Positions 27,820-41,699 of a stretch of DNA of 64,000 nucleotides are shown here, piece after piece. The number at the start of each line of letters is the position of its first letter. Positions within the stretch are counted from its first letter, which is position 1. Position numbers and translations under genes: made by a program. The DNA is from Octopus vulgaris. Taxonomy: Eukaryota. The stretch is taken from positions 74,710,001 through 74,774,000 of the forward strand of contig OX597815.1 in the NCBI GenBank assembly GCA_951406725.2. Reading direction: 5' to 3'. The notes under the pieces were generated by a model that worked only from the letters and a program-made list of their open reading frames with translations, had not been told where the DNA came from and did not search any database.

Positions 27820-28700
27820 AAATTATCTGGAAAGTTCTGTGCAAAAAGAGATATTAATTAAATGACCTTTTAATAAATTTTATTCAATGAAATAATTTCC
27901 ATTATTATTAATGACCTTTGCCCATCTACCACGCAATTTAGATATTCCATCACCATAAAATTTGACTGGTTTTAAAGAAAAAAATTATCTAGATGCACTT
28001 TTGATTCCATCTAAATTGTTAAATGTTTTCCCTTGTAATGAGTTCTGTAGAGATAAAAACAAGTGGTAGTCGGATGGTGCAATATCAGGAGAATATGGTG
28101 GATGAGGTAAGAGATCCCAGTCAAGTTCATGTAACTTTGTTCGGGTAGCCAAAAACACCTGTGGTCAGGCATTGTCTTATTGGAACACTACCCCTTTCCT
28201 GTTGACACTCTCAGACCTCAATTCTTTGATTTTTTTAGTTCATATTAGCCCGCTGACGACAGTACACGTCAGAATTAATGATCTGGTTTTGTGGGAGAAG
28301 CTCAAAATAAATAATGCTTTTATGATCCCACCAAACACAAAGCATAGCTTTCTTGGCATGGATATTCGTCTTTGGTTGCTGTTTTGGAAAATCCTTACAC
28401 AAACTCCGGGATCTTTTCCGCACTACGTTTTCGTACATAATCCATTTTTCATTTCCAGTCACAAGTTGTTTTTAAAAAAGGCATGTTTTCATTCCGTTTC
28501 AAAAGTATATCACGAATGGAATATTGGTCCAAGTAATTCTTTTCTGAGAGTTTGTGAGGGACCCATACATAATAGAGAAAAACGTATCCTAGCTTCAAGT
28601 GTTCATTTCACACTTGTCTTTTTCAGAATGACTTGTCGACTACCACTAAAATTAATGAACTTTGTACATTCAAACTGATATACAGTTTTAATTTTATTGA
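27820..28700 (-). mobile_element. Mariner-family transposase remnant
   Basis: TGNEKWIMYEN, MLCVWWD, INSDVYC and HPPYSPDIAPSDYHLF motifs on the minus strand. Confidence 0.85.
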
Positions 28701-29012
28701 CTGCTATGAACATTCAAACTTACACCTTCTGTTTTGAACATGTTAATTTATCAACATTGAAACATTTTAATTTGTCAACATTGAAACTTTTAAAGATGTG
28801 TTTTCTAATTTTAAACTTTTACCATTGAAAAACAAAAATTATTGTTGAAACTAGTTTGGTATATATGTAAATACATGTATTTTAAACATTTTCAACAACA
28901 CATTTTTCTATATATATATGAAAATGTGTTGTTGAAAATGCACCTAAATTTCAAAAAGTCGTAAATGTTTAAAATACATTTATTTACATATATACCAAAT
29001 ACATTTATTTAC

Positions 29013-29043
<31 letters not shown>

Positions 29044-29105
29044 TGTACGTATGTATGTATGTATGTATGTATGTATGTATGTATATATGTATGTATGTAT
29101 GTATG

Positions 29106-29582
29106 TATAAGAACAGTTTGACTCAGTTCCATGCAACTTAAATTTTCGCAGGCTCGTAGAACAAACCTATTACTTTAGACATCTAGATACCTGACCAGAT
29201 AAGTACATGTGCATGTATGTATGTAGTCGCACACATGGCTGTGGCGTGGCTGTGTGGTAAGAAGCTTGCTTTCCAATCACATATTTCCAGGTTCAGTCCT
29301 ACTGAGTGAGTGGATTTGGCATATATATATATATATATATACATACGACGAGCTTCTTTCAGTTTCCGTCTTCCAAATCCACTCACTCAGTAGGACTGAA
29401 CCTGGAAATATGTGGTTGGAAAGCAAGCTTCTTACCACACAGCCACGCCACAGCCATGTGTGCGCCTACATACATACATGCACATGTACTTATCTGGTCA
29501 GGTATCTAGATGTCTAAAGTAATAGGTTTGTTCTACGAGCCTGCGAAAATTTAAGCTGCATGGAACTGAGTCAAACTGTTCT

Positions 29583-29586
<4 letters not shown>
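29106..29586. repeat. Near-perfect inverted repeat with 214-bp arms (29106-29319 / 29373-29586)
   Basis: Arms are reverse complements with 3 mismatches by eye; 53-nt spacer; arms include a SINE head. Confidence 0.95.
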
Positions 29587-29657
<71 letters not shown>

Positions 29658-31590
29658 ATACCTATGTGTGTGTGTGTGTCTTTGTTTCGGTGTTTGTCTC
29701 CCATCGTTGCTTGACAACCGGTGTTGCTGTGTTTACGTCCCCGTAACTTAGCAGTTCAACAAAAGACAACCATGAAATAAGTATCAGACGTTTAAAATAT
29801 ATTAGAAATGGAATCATTGTGATCAGTTAACCCATTTAAAGCAGTGTCCCAGCATGGCCACAGTTCAGTGACTGAGACAAGTGAAAGAAAAACGAATAAA
29901 AGAATAAAATTAGGTTAGTCAACTTATTTTTATTCGAGAAAAAATAATTGATGTTTAATTAGAATTCTTCAATAAATTCCAGAGCAAATTAACTACAGTA
30001 AAATTTGTGAATGTATAAAATTGTGATATATCAAAAGAGTCAAACAAGAATTCCTCTGTAACACTTTATTTGATCCCTGATCTCGTTCTGCTTCCTTTCC
30101 TCTTTAACCGTTTGTTTTCGCTATCATTACTACGGAACCGCATTTGCCAATGTTCTCTTGGTGAGTGAAGCCGGATTTATTGTAATATTATGTGACTGTT
30201 TACCGGTTATATACCCATGACATTTTGCATATTTCATCTGCTATTTATGATTATGATTATTAGATAACTCCAGGTTTCCTGAAACAGCTGTCAAATTATG
30301 AAAATCGTATTTTCTTATTTTACCCTGTACATTTATTCTGTATTTTTTTTTCCTGTGCTCCATGTAAATATATTTCTGTCAAGCTTAACTAGAGCGATTT
30401 CGATTTATTTACATCGCTAACAACATTGGAAAAGGTGTTAAGACTATGTTTTCCTACTCAAAAATTCTCCCTTCATGTCAAGTTCTATAGGCCCGTGGAA
30501 ATTCCACAGAGCGAAAATATTAAGAGAAACTATTTAAGAAAGAAAGGTTGATTTGCCTTCTTATTTTTATTTCGCTAAAGTTATTTCACTTCCAGTCACA
30601 ATTATTTATTATATGATTTTAAAATTTCTCTATGCTTAGCACTTTGTATTTCTCTCTATCTCTCTACCTTTTCAACGAACTTTTTAACCTGATTCCCCTC
30701 TTCATATCTTTAACATTTCTCTCCTTCTCTTCACCTCTCACTTCCACTAACCACTTGAGTGACAGCATAATGAATCGGCTGGCTGTCTCCTCTCTCACAT
30801 TCCTTCTTCCTCTCTATTGCTCCATCTCCACTCTTCCAAGCTAACGCGTAAAGTGTGAACGAATACGTAGAATAATAGTATAAAGATAGTTCAATAAAAA
30901 ATCTTCCTTTCACTATCAACACCCCCTCACCACCACCAACAGCCCCCACATCATCATCACTATAGTTTTCAGTAACAAAGCACATTTCATTTCCTTCTTG
31001 ACAATACAAATGCGAACTGCCTCTCCCTCCCTCTCTCTCTCTCTCTCAGTCTCTCTCTCTCTATCTCTCTCTCTCTTAATGTAACTGCCTCTCCTGTCCA
31101 TCTCTCTTTATCGGTCTTTTTTAACCTCACCACCAGAACATCACCCTCTGCTAAATATTGTATGCTAAACATATCTCTCTTTACCCTTTCCTCCACACCC
31201 TACAGCACGTCATTAATACTCTCTCCGTCTTTTCTCTCGTTATCTTTTTTCTCTCGCTCTTTGCCTCTCCTTTCAACTAATAACGTGGTGCATTTGGCCT
31301 TGTTACACATCTTTCTCTACTCCTTCCTCACCTACACACACTCCTCCTCCTCATTCACTTTTACTCCACCTCTCACTCCAACTCTCTTACTAATTAAAGT
31401 ATAACAGCTGAACGAACAAACAATATTACATCGATTTATAATGCATTACTATTTCGTTGTCTTTGTCTTTTGCAACACTAAAACATAAAAACATAATTAA
31501 ATTTAATGGCAGTTTATATATATAAAACATGTGAAAAAATAAACTGTAGGTGACTTTTGGGTATTTTCTTCATAAAACCGAAAGAAGAGT

Positions 31591-31865
31591 TTACAAAGTA
31601 TCAAACATTTTCTTCAAGAAATATAAGATATCTGGAATGATAATTAATCCAGCAATTACTGAAAGCATGATAATTGCTAATGCGCCCATAGTCTGAGAAG
31701 ACACTCGCTCATCCGGGGCACTGATTTTCGTAGCTATGTATCGTGAAGTTGCGTTCTTTTTCACTGTAAGTTCTTTTCGAGTGTTTTCCATTCGTTCCTT
31801 AATTTCGGCTTCAGTCTCTGGTATTTGTTCTGTACAGCTACAGATGCATTTGGATCCATTCGATC
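31591..31865 (-). CDS. Terminal exon of the discoidin-domain membrane protein gene (CxCxC, coiled coil, TM)
   Basis: Acceptor ttatattcccgtcag|, phase 1; SNGSKCICSCTEQIPETEAEIKERMENTRKELTVKKNATSRYIATKISAPDERVSSQTMGALAIIMLSVIAGLIIIPDILYFLKKMFDTL*. Confidence 0.85.
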
Positions 31866-32188
31866 CTGACGGGAATATAAAATGTGAAATAAATAAATTG
31901 AAATATCCTTTTTTAAAGAAAGAATTATATAAATGTTCTATTTAACTTGGGCTTTGGAGAACACGCCATAGAACAGAGAAATACTGGTTTGCCGTGCTGA
32001 AAAGCTTAACACGATTTTGATCGATATGTCTGTTTCGTGACATCATTTATGATAAGCTGCACCTACTTGTTGCACCTGTAGTGTGACATCATATGTTACC
32101 AAGTATTGAAGCATATGTAAGAAACGAATTGAGCATTATCATGTTATGACCATATTATTTTCTCTTATACACACTCACACGCGCTCAC

Positions 32189-32294
<106 letters not shown>

Positions 32295-32316
32295 AGAGAG
32301 AAAGATACACATTTTG

Positions 32317-32358
<42 letters not shown>

Positions 32359-32706
32359 GCGAACATACATACATATATACACATAAATACAGAGTTGGGG
32401 AGAGAACGAGCAAGAGAGAGGAGAGAGAAGAGAAAGATAATCAAAGCGACCCAAATTGAAAAATTGAAAAGTTTGCTTGTTCGGATCCCGTTTCTGTCTC
32501 CAAACAAAATATACGTTAGCAGTAATCTTCAATCAAGCCAGATCCGTAACCTTGACGTTTGTCTTTTCGTTCTAGTTAATTTTATATTGATTATTAATAC
32601 CTTAGAGACGGTACAATTTAAATTACAGTATCAACAGAAGAAGGTAATATTTATACCAATCCGTGTTTCAGTCAAAGAAACGCATAATGAAATCTTGGAC
32701 ATTTAC

Positions 32707-32778
32707 CAGTGTTTGGTGGCTCGGAAGAAGTTGACATTTGACTTTCTACTGTTGTGCTGGATATGCTTGTTTCACTAT
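32707..32778 (-). CDS. 72-nt phase-1/1 Ser/Thr-rich stalk exon
   Basis: ttattttcctcaaacag| xSETSISSTTVESQMSTSSEPPNT G|gtaaat. Confidence 0.75.
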
Positions 32779-33524
32779 CTGTTTGAGGAAAATAAAATAA
32801 GACAACGGTTATCAATATTGAAATGAAAATCGAGTTTCATTAAACCTTTGAATCGCAAGCACACTTTAGCTAATGTGATTTTGTTTGATTTTATCATTGG
32901 TGGAGGTGTGTGGCTTTGTGGTTTGGGTGATGGACTCATGATCGTAAGATTGTGGTTTCGATTCCTGGACCGAGCGACGCGTTTTGCTCTTGAGCGAAAT
33001 ACCTCATTTCATGTTGCTGCAGTCCACTGAACTGGCAAAAATGAGTAATCCTACGATGACCGACGTCCCGTCCAGGTGGGGAACGTATACGCCATGAAAC
33101 CGGGAAACCAGCCCTTATGAATCGGTATGACTCGAGAAGGTAACTTTACCTACCTTTACCTATACCACTGGATGACGCAAAAGCAGAAGAGCTCATAGGT
33201 TTGCATTTACGACTCACCAATATTCATCGTTATGTTTAGCCTTAAACACAACACTACGTGGCCGCCCTTCTTTTCGTCTTCTATGAGTAGAATCAAGCGA
33301 AATTGTTCCCGCTAAATCGTACTCAAGTGTTCACAGTGTTAAAGTTCAATTCTAAATGTACTAAGTTTGCATTAGTTGAGGATTGAAGTTGGGTTACCAT
33401 TTCGATTTACAGACTACTTACCTCCCACACTTTAGTTACATCTACCATTGGTACATTAATTATATCAGCTATTTTATGATTATATCAACTGTTTAATTTA
33501 TCTAATAATTAATATTGATTTATT

Positions 33525-33930
33525 AGGCGCAGGAGTGGCTGTGTGGTAAGTAGCTTGTTTACCAACCACATGGTTCTGGGTTCAGTCTCACTGCGTGGCA
33601 CCTTGGGCAAGTGTCTTCTACTATAGCCTCGGGCCGACCAAAGCCTTGTGAGTGGATCTGGTAGACGGAAACTGAAAAAAAGCCCGTCGTATATATGTAT
33701 ATATATATGTATTTGTGTGTGTGTTTGTGTGCCTGTGTTTGTCACCCAACATCGCTTGACAACCGATGCTGGTGTGTTTACGTCCCTGTAACTTTGCGGT
33801 TCGGCAAAAGAGACCGATAGAATAAGTACTGGGCTTACAAAGAATAAGTCCTGGGGTCAACTTGCTTGACTAAATGCGGTGCTCCAGCATGGCCGCAGTC
33901 AGATGACTGAAACAAGTAAAAGATTAAAAG
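33525..33930 (+). mobile_element. Full-length tRNA-derived SINE
   Basis: aggcgcaggagtggctgtgtggtaagtagc head, ggttcagtc B-box-like motif, internal (TA/TG)n and a 3' gaaacaagtaaaaga tail. Confidence 0.8.
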
Positions 33931-34704
33931 AGTAATTAAAGTTTGACTGTATTCATAATTTCACTAAGATACGAGTCACCTGGCATTCGTTTAATTAATC
34001 GATCACATTCGGTCTTCTTTATAACTTGTCTATAATTAATTAACTGATCAGTTTCCGTAAATTATTAGTAGATGCAAATACAGAAGCGGACAGTGCATAT
34101 TTCATGGGTTATCACTAAAATTTTTCAGATTTTGTTTACCGTTTTCAAATTTTCATCATTTCTGGACGGAGAGATTATTTTGTTTTGCTTTTTAAGAAAA
34201 TACTTGTTTAATTTTATTTTCCCGTTTATATTGAAGACAGCGTTTTAGTTTTCCTAATGCTACTGAGTTTTTTTATCATGAAGCAATACTTAACTGAACT
34301 TTCATGAGGGTGATGCGATCGATTTTCAGATTAAACGTTAACAAATTGACTGCCATTATGGAAAAATGTATGCAAACACTGGTTGAATATATTAAATTTA
34401 TAACTTCCCTGAGAATATTTATTTATTCATGGTAACGTTGGGGTCATTTTCAGCACTGTATTGTATTAAATTAATGGAATTTGATATTACATGATGTGAC
34501 TGATGGATACAACTGCGATGCTAAATAATGAAAGAGCATCCGATTTTACAACCTGAAATACAGAACCTTTTATCTAAACAAAACATAGTCTGGTAGTAAT
34601 CTTCTGTGAAACCAAATCCGTAATCCAATTTTTAAAAATTCACTTTACATAGATTATTAATACTCTAGGGACGATGCAATCCAGTTTATTTATATAAGAA
34701 AATA

Positions 34705-36971
34705 CAATAGAACATCGCAGTACGAGTGCACCATAGTAGGAGTAATTTGCTGTACGAGCCGAGGCCCGTGCGGATTTTTGTCTTGAAACACGAGCGGAAA
34801 TCCGCAGTAAGAGTAAGTTTCATACAAGCGATTGCTAGTTGGCGCTGAGCTCGCACACGCCCTCCCAACAAGCGCAGACTCCACTCGCCCAGTTTATGTG
34901 TTTATCTCGTGTTTTTTCCAGTTTTTTCTTTTTTAGTCTTGTGTGCTTTTGCTATTATTTTATGATGATTAGTTGTGTTAGCCATGGGTCCTAAGAAGGT
35001 TAGTGCAAAGGACAGTACCGAGAAGGAAGAGCTGATAACGACAGAATTGAAGAAGGAACTCATTGATAAATATGAGAGAAGAGTATGTTTAGTGGACATA
35101 GTACGTCAATACGGCCGAAGCATCGACGACCTGCAACATCCTGAAGAAAAACGACGAGATCAAGGCCGTTACAACAGCCAAAGTTTGTCACCAGGCTCTC
35201 TAAGCAACGCACATCTGTCAATGAAGAGATGACGGAGACCATCACCTGCGAGAAAGCACGAGCACTGCAGCAGAACCCTGGAACATCGACGGAGGAGACG
35301 TCAGCAGACGCACTTAGGGCCAGTCACAACTGGTTTGATAATTTCAAGAAGAGGACTGGTGTTCATAGTGTCGTCAGATATGGAGAAGCAGCGAGTTCTG
35401 ACACGAAGGCAGCTGAAGATTTCGCTCGTAAATTCCGTCAGCTCATCGCAGCCGAGGAGTACATCGCAAAACAGGTATTCAACTGCGATGGAACTGGACT
35501 TTTTCTGGAAAAAAATGCCTAGAAGAACCTATATAAGTGCAGAAGAGAAGAAAATGCCAGGCCACAAGCCTATGAAAGATAGGCTAACTCTCTCTCTCCC
35601 TTTGTACCAATACGAATGGAGACTTGAAGATTAAGCCACTCCTTGTCTACAATTCCGAAAATCCATGAGCGTTCAAGCCGCACAAAATCCTGAAAGAGAA
35701 GCTGCAGATCATGTGGAGAGCAAACGGACCAGCAGGGAAAAAGTACCTTCTGAAGAACGATCTTCCTCTCAAGAACCTTCCCATCCTCGACAATGCTCCT
35801 GCTCACCCTCCTAACCTCGAAGATGATATCCGGAATGAATTTAAATCCATAAAAGTTCTGTACCTTTCAACGCAATACCATCCCTATCTTGCAGCCCATG
35901 GACCAACAGGTGATTTCTAATTTTAAGAATTTGTACACCAAACACCTGTTTCGTTGGTGCTTTGAAGTCACCGAAAATACAAATCTAACCCTTTGTGAGT
36001 TTTGGAAGGAGCACTACAACATTGTTTACTACCTGTAAATCATCGATATGGCTTAGCAGAGCGTAACGAGGAGAACCCTTAATTCTGAATGGAGGAAACT
36101 ATGGCCTGACTGCGTATCCAAAAGAGATTTCGAGGGGTTTGAGTCTGAGACACGTGTAATCGAGGAGATAGTGTTTCTTGGCAAGTCCATGGGCCTCGAG
36201 GTTGACGATGGGAACATTAACGATCTCGTCGAGGAACACTCAGGGGAGCTGACGACAGATGAACTCTTGAAGTTTCAGGAGCAGCTGCATTCGGATGCGG
36301 TGGATGAGATTGGTTCCCCAGGGGAGGACAGTGTAACGGAGAAGGCTATCTCTACGAGTGACATAAAGGCAGTGTTGGCAAAGTGGCAGTATGTTTCTGA
36401 ATTTGTAGAAAAATATCATCCTGAAAAAGTATCTACAGGTCGTGCAGCTGCTTTATTTAATGATACTGCTCTGGCGCATTTTCGTAACATTTTGAGAGGC
36501 AGGAAAAAGTAAACTTTCCTTGGTATGTTTGTAATGAAACGACCAGCGTGAAAAGAGAAGAAAGTGTTCAAAAAGCTAAATTAAGCGAAGTGAGAGAGAA
36601 AACGCCAGAAATCGTTCTTCAAGTCTTAAGGAAAGGACATTCTCTTTCCAAACTGTAATCCTCCTCCTCAACGCTCCATTGTCTTCCTCGCGCACAAATC
36701 GTCCCATCTTTAAGGTAATTCAGTTAATAAAACCAGTTTACTTATTTCTTTTGCATTCTCTTTTATTATGTTTTATAATTATTTTCCTTGTAACTGTACC
36801 TTTTCCGTTTTAAAATCCATAAAAAATTGTTCTCGGGTGATTTTGGTGGGATGGAACGGATTAATTGTATTTTAATTAATTGCAAAGAGGAAAATTGATT
36901 TGTAAAACGAGTAAATCATAAAACGAGCTCGGTCATGGAACGAATGAGAGTCGTACTGCGAAGTATCACTG
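34705..36971 (+). mobile_element. Tigger/pogo-family DNA transposon (decayed, both TIRs present)
   Basis: TIRs caatagaacatcgcagtacga / tcgtactgcgaagtatcactg with TA flanks; MGPKKV, ASHNWFDNFKKR, GEAASSD, QVFNCDGTGLF, LDNAPAHP, QPMDQQVI. Confidence 0.92.
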
Positions 36972-37027
36972 TATTATTTATATTATCAAAATTTCATTAA
37001 AAGAAATATTTAAATTTAGACGTTTAC

Positions 37028-37099
37028 CAGTTTTTAGTGATCCGGAATAAGTAGTCATTGAGTTTCCTATTATTGTGCTGAATATACTGTTTTTATTAC
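37028..37099 (-). CDS. 72-nt phase-1/1 stalk exon (paralog of 32707-32778)
   Basis: ttttattttcctctgtcag| xNKNSIFSTIIGNSMTTYSGSLKT G|gtaaac; open frame. Confidence 0.65.
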
Positions 37100-37665
37100 C
37101 TGACAGAGGAAAATAAAACAAAACAAAGCAATAACTGTGCATAATGAAATGAAAATTAAATTAAAACTGTTTCATTGAACCTTTTAATCCGCGAGTACAC
37201 TTTAGCGGATTCGATTTTGTTTGACTGTACCCTTGGAAAACGTAAAAGTTGTTGGCTAAATATATTTTGGCAGTAATCTGTCAACCCGAATCCGTCACCT
37301 GATTTTGATATTCGACATTCTTTTAAACCTCACTTTACATAGATTATTAATACATTAGGAATTGTATAGTCTAATTTACAGTACCCGAGTACGAATATGT
37401 GAAGGTGCGTAGCATAGTAGTAAGAGGGTTTCACTCACGATTTTAAGACTATGATTTTGGTTCCCAGAACGGGCAGATCATTGTGTTCGGGGAACATTAT
37501 AATCTTGATCACTTTTATGCCAGGGAAACCAGGGAACCAGCCCTATGAATCTTAGGACTTTAAACAATATTTTGCGTTCTTTTTCAGTAAATATATATAT
37601 AAGAAAATATTATTTATGTCTATCAATATTTCAATTAAAGAAATATATATTTAAATCTTAGATAC

Positions 37666-37737
37666 TAGTGTTTAGTGATTCGGTAGAAGTCAGCATTTGG
37701 TTTTCCTTTGTTGTGCTGGATACACTTTTATTGCTAT
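37666..37737 (-). CDS. 72-nt phase-1/1 stalk exon (paralog; weak donor)
   Basis: tgttcctctaacag| xSNKSVSSTTKENQMLTSTESLNT A|gtatct. Confidence 0.55.
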
Positions 37738-39004
37738 CTGTTAGAGGAACATAAATAAAATAAGACTGTAGTTATCAATAATGAGATGAAAATGAAATAA
37801 AAACAGTTCCCTAGCAGTTCAGTTATAAATTTTCTGATTTATTTCGATGAAGTGCGTTCTGAGATGCGACGTGCATAGAAATATATTTCACGTCTCTACA
37901 GTTATTCTTTAGTTTTTTAAAGTTTAAATTTTACTGCATTATCATACTAAAAAAAAAGAAACCGTTTGTATATATTTAGTTTTATGTACCTAAAGTTTTA
38001 CATGATATGGTTGATGGGAATGTGTGACGTTACGGACTCACTTGTCTCAAAATGAAGAGTATTTCTTCTCATTACTTGACTACGTCGCTGTCTAGTTTAC
38101 GAGGAGTTTACCGCTTGCACTGCAGTGTCTGCCACCATTGAAATATTAACTTCTTTTTGACAAAATTCAAAGGTTTTATTTTTAAGGAGTGGGTAAAATG
38201 GATTTAGAATATCGTAACGCTCATGTCTTCTCCGAGGATGAAGAGGGTAAAGAACTCCTCGGTCATGAATGACTATGAGATTGCACCTAGAAAGTTCCTC
38301 TCCGAGGCACAAGTCCGGGCAAAGTTGTTTATGGGAGACCATCAGTCGCTTCTTCATACCAATCTCCCTTCTCCACGTCACTAATATTATTCAAGGGAAA
38401 GGCGAAGCCCGATACAGCTTACCACCAGTGACGTCACGACTAATACACTAATACCCTCTCCAAGGGCATTAGTGACCTTAAGAGAAGTTGAGTTTACACC
38501 AAATGAAGGTTGAAGTTGGATTATAGTCTCGTTTTACGGAGTGCCTACCTCCTACTCTTCATATACATTCACCGTTCCTTCGTTTATCAGATCAATTGTG
38601 CATTGATATAATTTACTCATTGAAAATGTTGATTGTAGGCATCCTGTGACTTGAATACGAGTCACCCAACTTTCGATTCGTTAATCAATCAAATTCAATA
38701 TCCTTAAAAACATCTATAATTGATGAGTTTCTATCTATTATTGCTAGATACAAATAAATATAAAAGGTCACAATGCATACTTGTCGGGTTATCTCTGAAA
38801 GTTTTCGAATTCGTGTTCAAATAGAGTGAATATTAAGCTGCGGAGACGAAACGCGAAATCACCTTCAGCTGTATTTATCTCCGTATAGATAAACGAAATC
38901 AATGTTTTTTCAGTATAGATTAAAGAAAAATAGTAAGTCCCTTGGACATTACAATGTTCGAGTCATAGGTCTCATAGGGCGTATAAGCAACGAGATCACA
39001 ATAT

Positions 39005-39185
39005 TTTAGCTGAATGGGACGCCAGTCCGTCGCAAGGTTACTCATTTACACCTGAGTGAACTGGAGCAACGTGAAATGGAGTGTTTTGCCTAAGAATACA
39101 ACGCACTGCGCCGCCCGAGAATCGAAAGTACGATCTTGTGATTATGGGTGCAACGCCTTAACCATTAGGTCATGCGCCTTCACAT
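39005..39185 (-). mobile_element. tRNA-derived SINE
   Basis: Reverse complement begins gtgaaggcgcatgacctaatggttaaggcgttgcac with ttcgattc B-box-like motif; related copies at ~32902-33160, ~37400-37560 and 63907-64000. Confidence 0.65.
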
Positions 39186-40203
39186 AGAGAAACGAAATCA
39201 AATTTCATTCACTCTTTACCGTCTAGGTCACTAAGTGTACCTAATCACAGTATTTTGAATTTTGAAGGCGAGCATAGTCTATTGATTTAACGCCATGTTT
39301 ATATCTGAGGACTTGATTTTATCCATCCTGGGCAGATGAATGGAAAAGTGAATTTCGGTGGGAGTCAAGAGCATCAACGGACGTCCTTATATATCAATCT
39401 ATTAAATGAGTCACTCTATCAATTTCCATCGATTTCTAACAACAGTACAGAGGCAGTTCTACCAATAATCATGATTTCTTGATCGGCACAGGGTCTCAAG
39501 TTTAAGAAAAGGAAACAGTCAGTTATATCGATCACCAGTACTTGATAGGTACTTTATTTTCTCGACCTCGGGAAAATGAAATTGAAGTTCGCAACAGAAG
39601 GAAATACAGTCTGAACGTAAAATGCCGTAACTAAAGGTTTTTTTTTTAATTTTTCGAATCGCTGCTAAATGATCGCTACTAAACTCTACCCTTAATATTA
39701 AGTGAATATCAAATATATTCAAGTTCGTGAGTTCCATTCCTGGCAGTGCGTTATGTCCTTGGACAAGACACTTTATTTCACGTTGCTTCAGTTTACTCAG
39801 CTGGCAAATATGAGTAGTACCTGTATTTCAAAGGGTCAGCCTTGTCACATTTTGATCACGTTGAATCACCCTGAGAAAAATGTTAGGGTACACGTGTCTG
39901 TGGAATGCTCAGCCACTATCACGTTAATTTCATGAACACGCTGTTGATCGGATCAACTGAAACCCTTGTTATCGTTACCGGCGGAGTGCCAGTTTGAATA
40001 TATTAAAGATATTAAAGAGGACATACGGTTATTTAGTTTCGTCTCATTACGTTTTGAGTACGAATTCTCCTGAAATCTTGTTAGCCTTTATCTTTTCGGG
40101 ATCGATGCAGTAAAGTAGCAGTCAAGTACAGGAGTTGTTATAGCTGACTATAACCCTCTACCTATTTTAGAAAAATATTAAGCAAAATACAAGTAATACT
40201 TAC

Positions 40204-40275
40204 TGGGAGTTGTAAAAGTACTGGAATTTGAAGTGTTGCTCAATTGGCCATTTTCTCTTCCTGTCGGTTCACTGC
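40204..40275 (-). CDS. 72-nt phase-1/1 Ser/Thr/Asn-rich stalk exon
   Basis: cccattttttgaattccag| xSEPTGRENGQLSNTSNSSTFTTP A|gtaagt. Confidence 0.8.
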
Positions 40276-40447
40276 CTGGAATTCAAAAAATGGGAATAAC
40301 AATACAGGATTTTCTGACACTTATCTAGTAGTTGCTATAAGCAGAAACCACTACACAGATTACAATAGTGCATTATAATTAACATAAACCTTACTGGTTT
40401 GCTATGTAAGCACAAATATTTGCTGTCATGACAACTAAAAGTCAGGT

Positions 40448-40880
40448 ATCATATACTTCTTTCAGAGGGCGGCGAGCTGGCAGAAACGTTAGCACGCCGG
40501 GCGAAACGCTGGGTGGTATTTCGTCTGCCGTTACGTTCTGAGTTCAAATTCCGCCGAGATCGACTTTGCCTTTCATCCTTTCGGGGTCGATAAATTAAGT
40601 ACCAGTCACGCACTGGGGTCGATGTAATCGACTTAATCCGTTTGTATGTTTTTGTTTGTCCCCTCTGTGTTTAGCCCCTTGTGGGTAGTAAAGAAATAGG
40701 TATTTCGCCTGCCGTTACATTCTGAGTTCAAATTCCGCCGAGGTTGACTTTACCTTTCATCCTTTCGGGGTCGATAAATTAAGTACCAGTAACGCACTAG
40801 GGTCCATATAATCGACTTAATCCATCTGTCTGTCATTGTTTGTCTCCTCTGTGTTTAGCCCCTTGTCGGTAGTAAAGAAA
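40448..40880 (+). mobile_element. CORE-type SINE with tandem duplication of its 3' ~185 bp
   Basis: Head at 40448; segment ggtatttcg..gtagtaaagaaata occurs twice; atatacttctttca flanks both ends as a probable TSD. Confidence 0.85.
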
Positions 40881-41699
40881 TATATACTTCTTTCACTAAT
40901 TATCTAAAATGCCAGTCAAATTTCTAGTAAAAATATTTATTTGCAAGTGCCAATCTTAAACAATCTGTGTTTTATTTTGGGCAAAGGACCAATAGGAATT
41001 CGAGTCAAGTATCTTTCACTTTTCTTAGTCATTGTGACCATACTGGAGCACTGCCTTGAAGGGTTTTAGTCACACGTACCGGCCCCAGTACTTACGTTTT
41101 TAATACCTGGTAGTTTTTATATTGGTCTCCTTTGCTGGACCGGTACATTACCGGGACATAAACAAGCCATTGTCGAGCACTGGTGGAGGATAAGCACAAA
41201 CACGCGCGCGCACCTACACACACGCGTACACATACATACATACATACATACATACATACATACATACATACATACATACATACATACATACATACATACA
41301 TACATACGTACATCCATACATACATATACGCCTATTCAACAGACACAGCCTAAGAGTCTTTTTGGTATTAAGAATATTTTAGTTAACATCCATAGGCCAC
41401 GATTGGAGGCGGAATATTCAAGTAGGAACTACAGCAGATGCCCAGTGGGAGGCCAATGCGAAACCAAGTGTTTTAATTTATCATTTTGTATCTTTTCCTT
41501 TGAACGGCAGATCGAGGAATTAATTTTTTGTAACTAAGCACTTTCAAACTTCAGACACTGGTAGAATGTGTCATATAAAACATCTTTTACTCTTAGTGTT
41601 GTTGAGAAAAGTTTACATCTTCAAAGTTATTTCGTGTTAAAGTAGTCGTATTTCGGTAATTTCAACCAATCAATGACGTGTATTCAGCTGAATAAAATT

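Noticed and set aside
38042-38160. Possible extra exon ending at a gtgagt donor
   Set aside because: No acceptor with a good polypyrimidine tract was found, and the candidates checked hit stops in the required phase.
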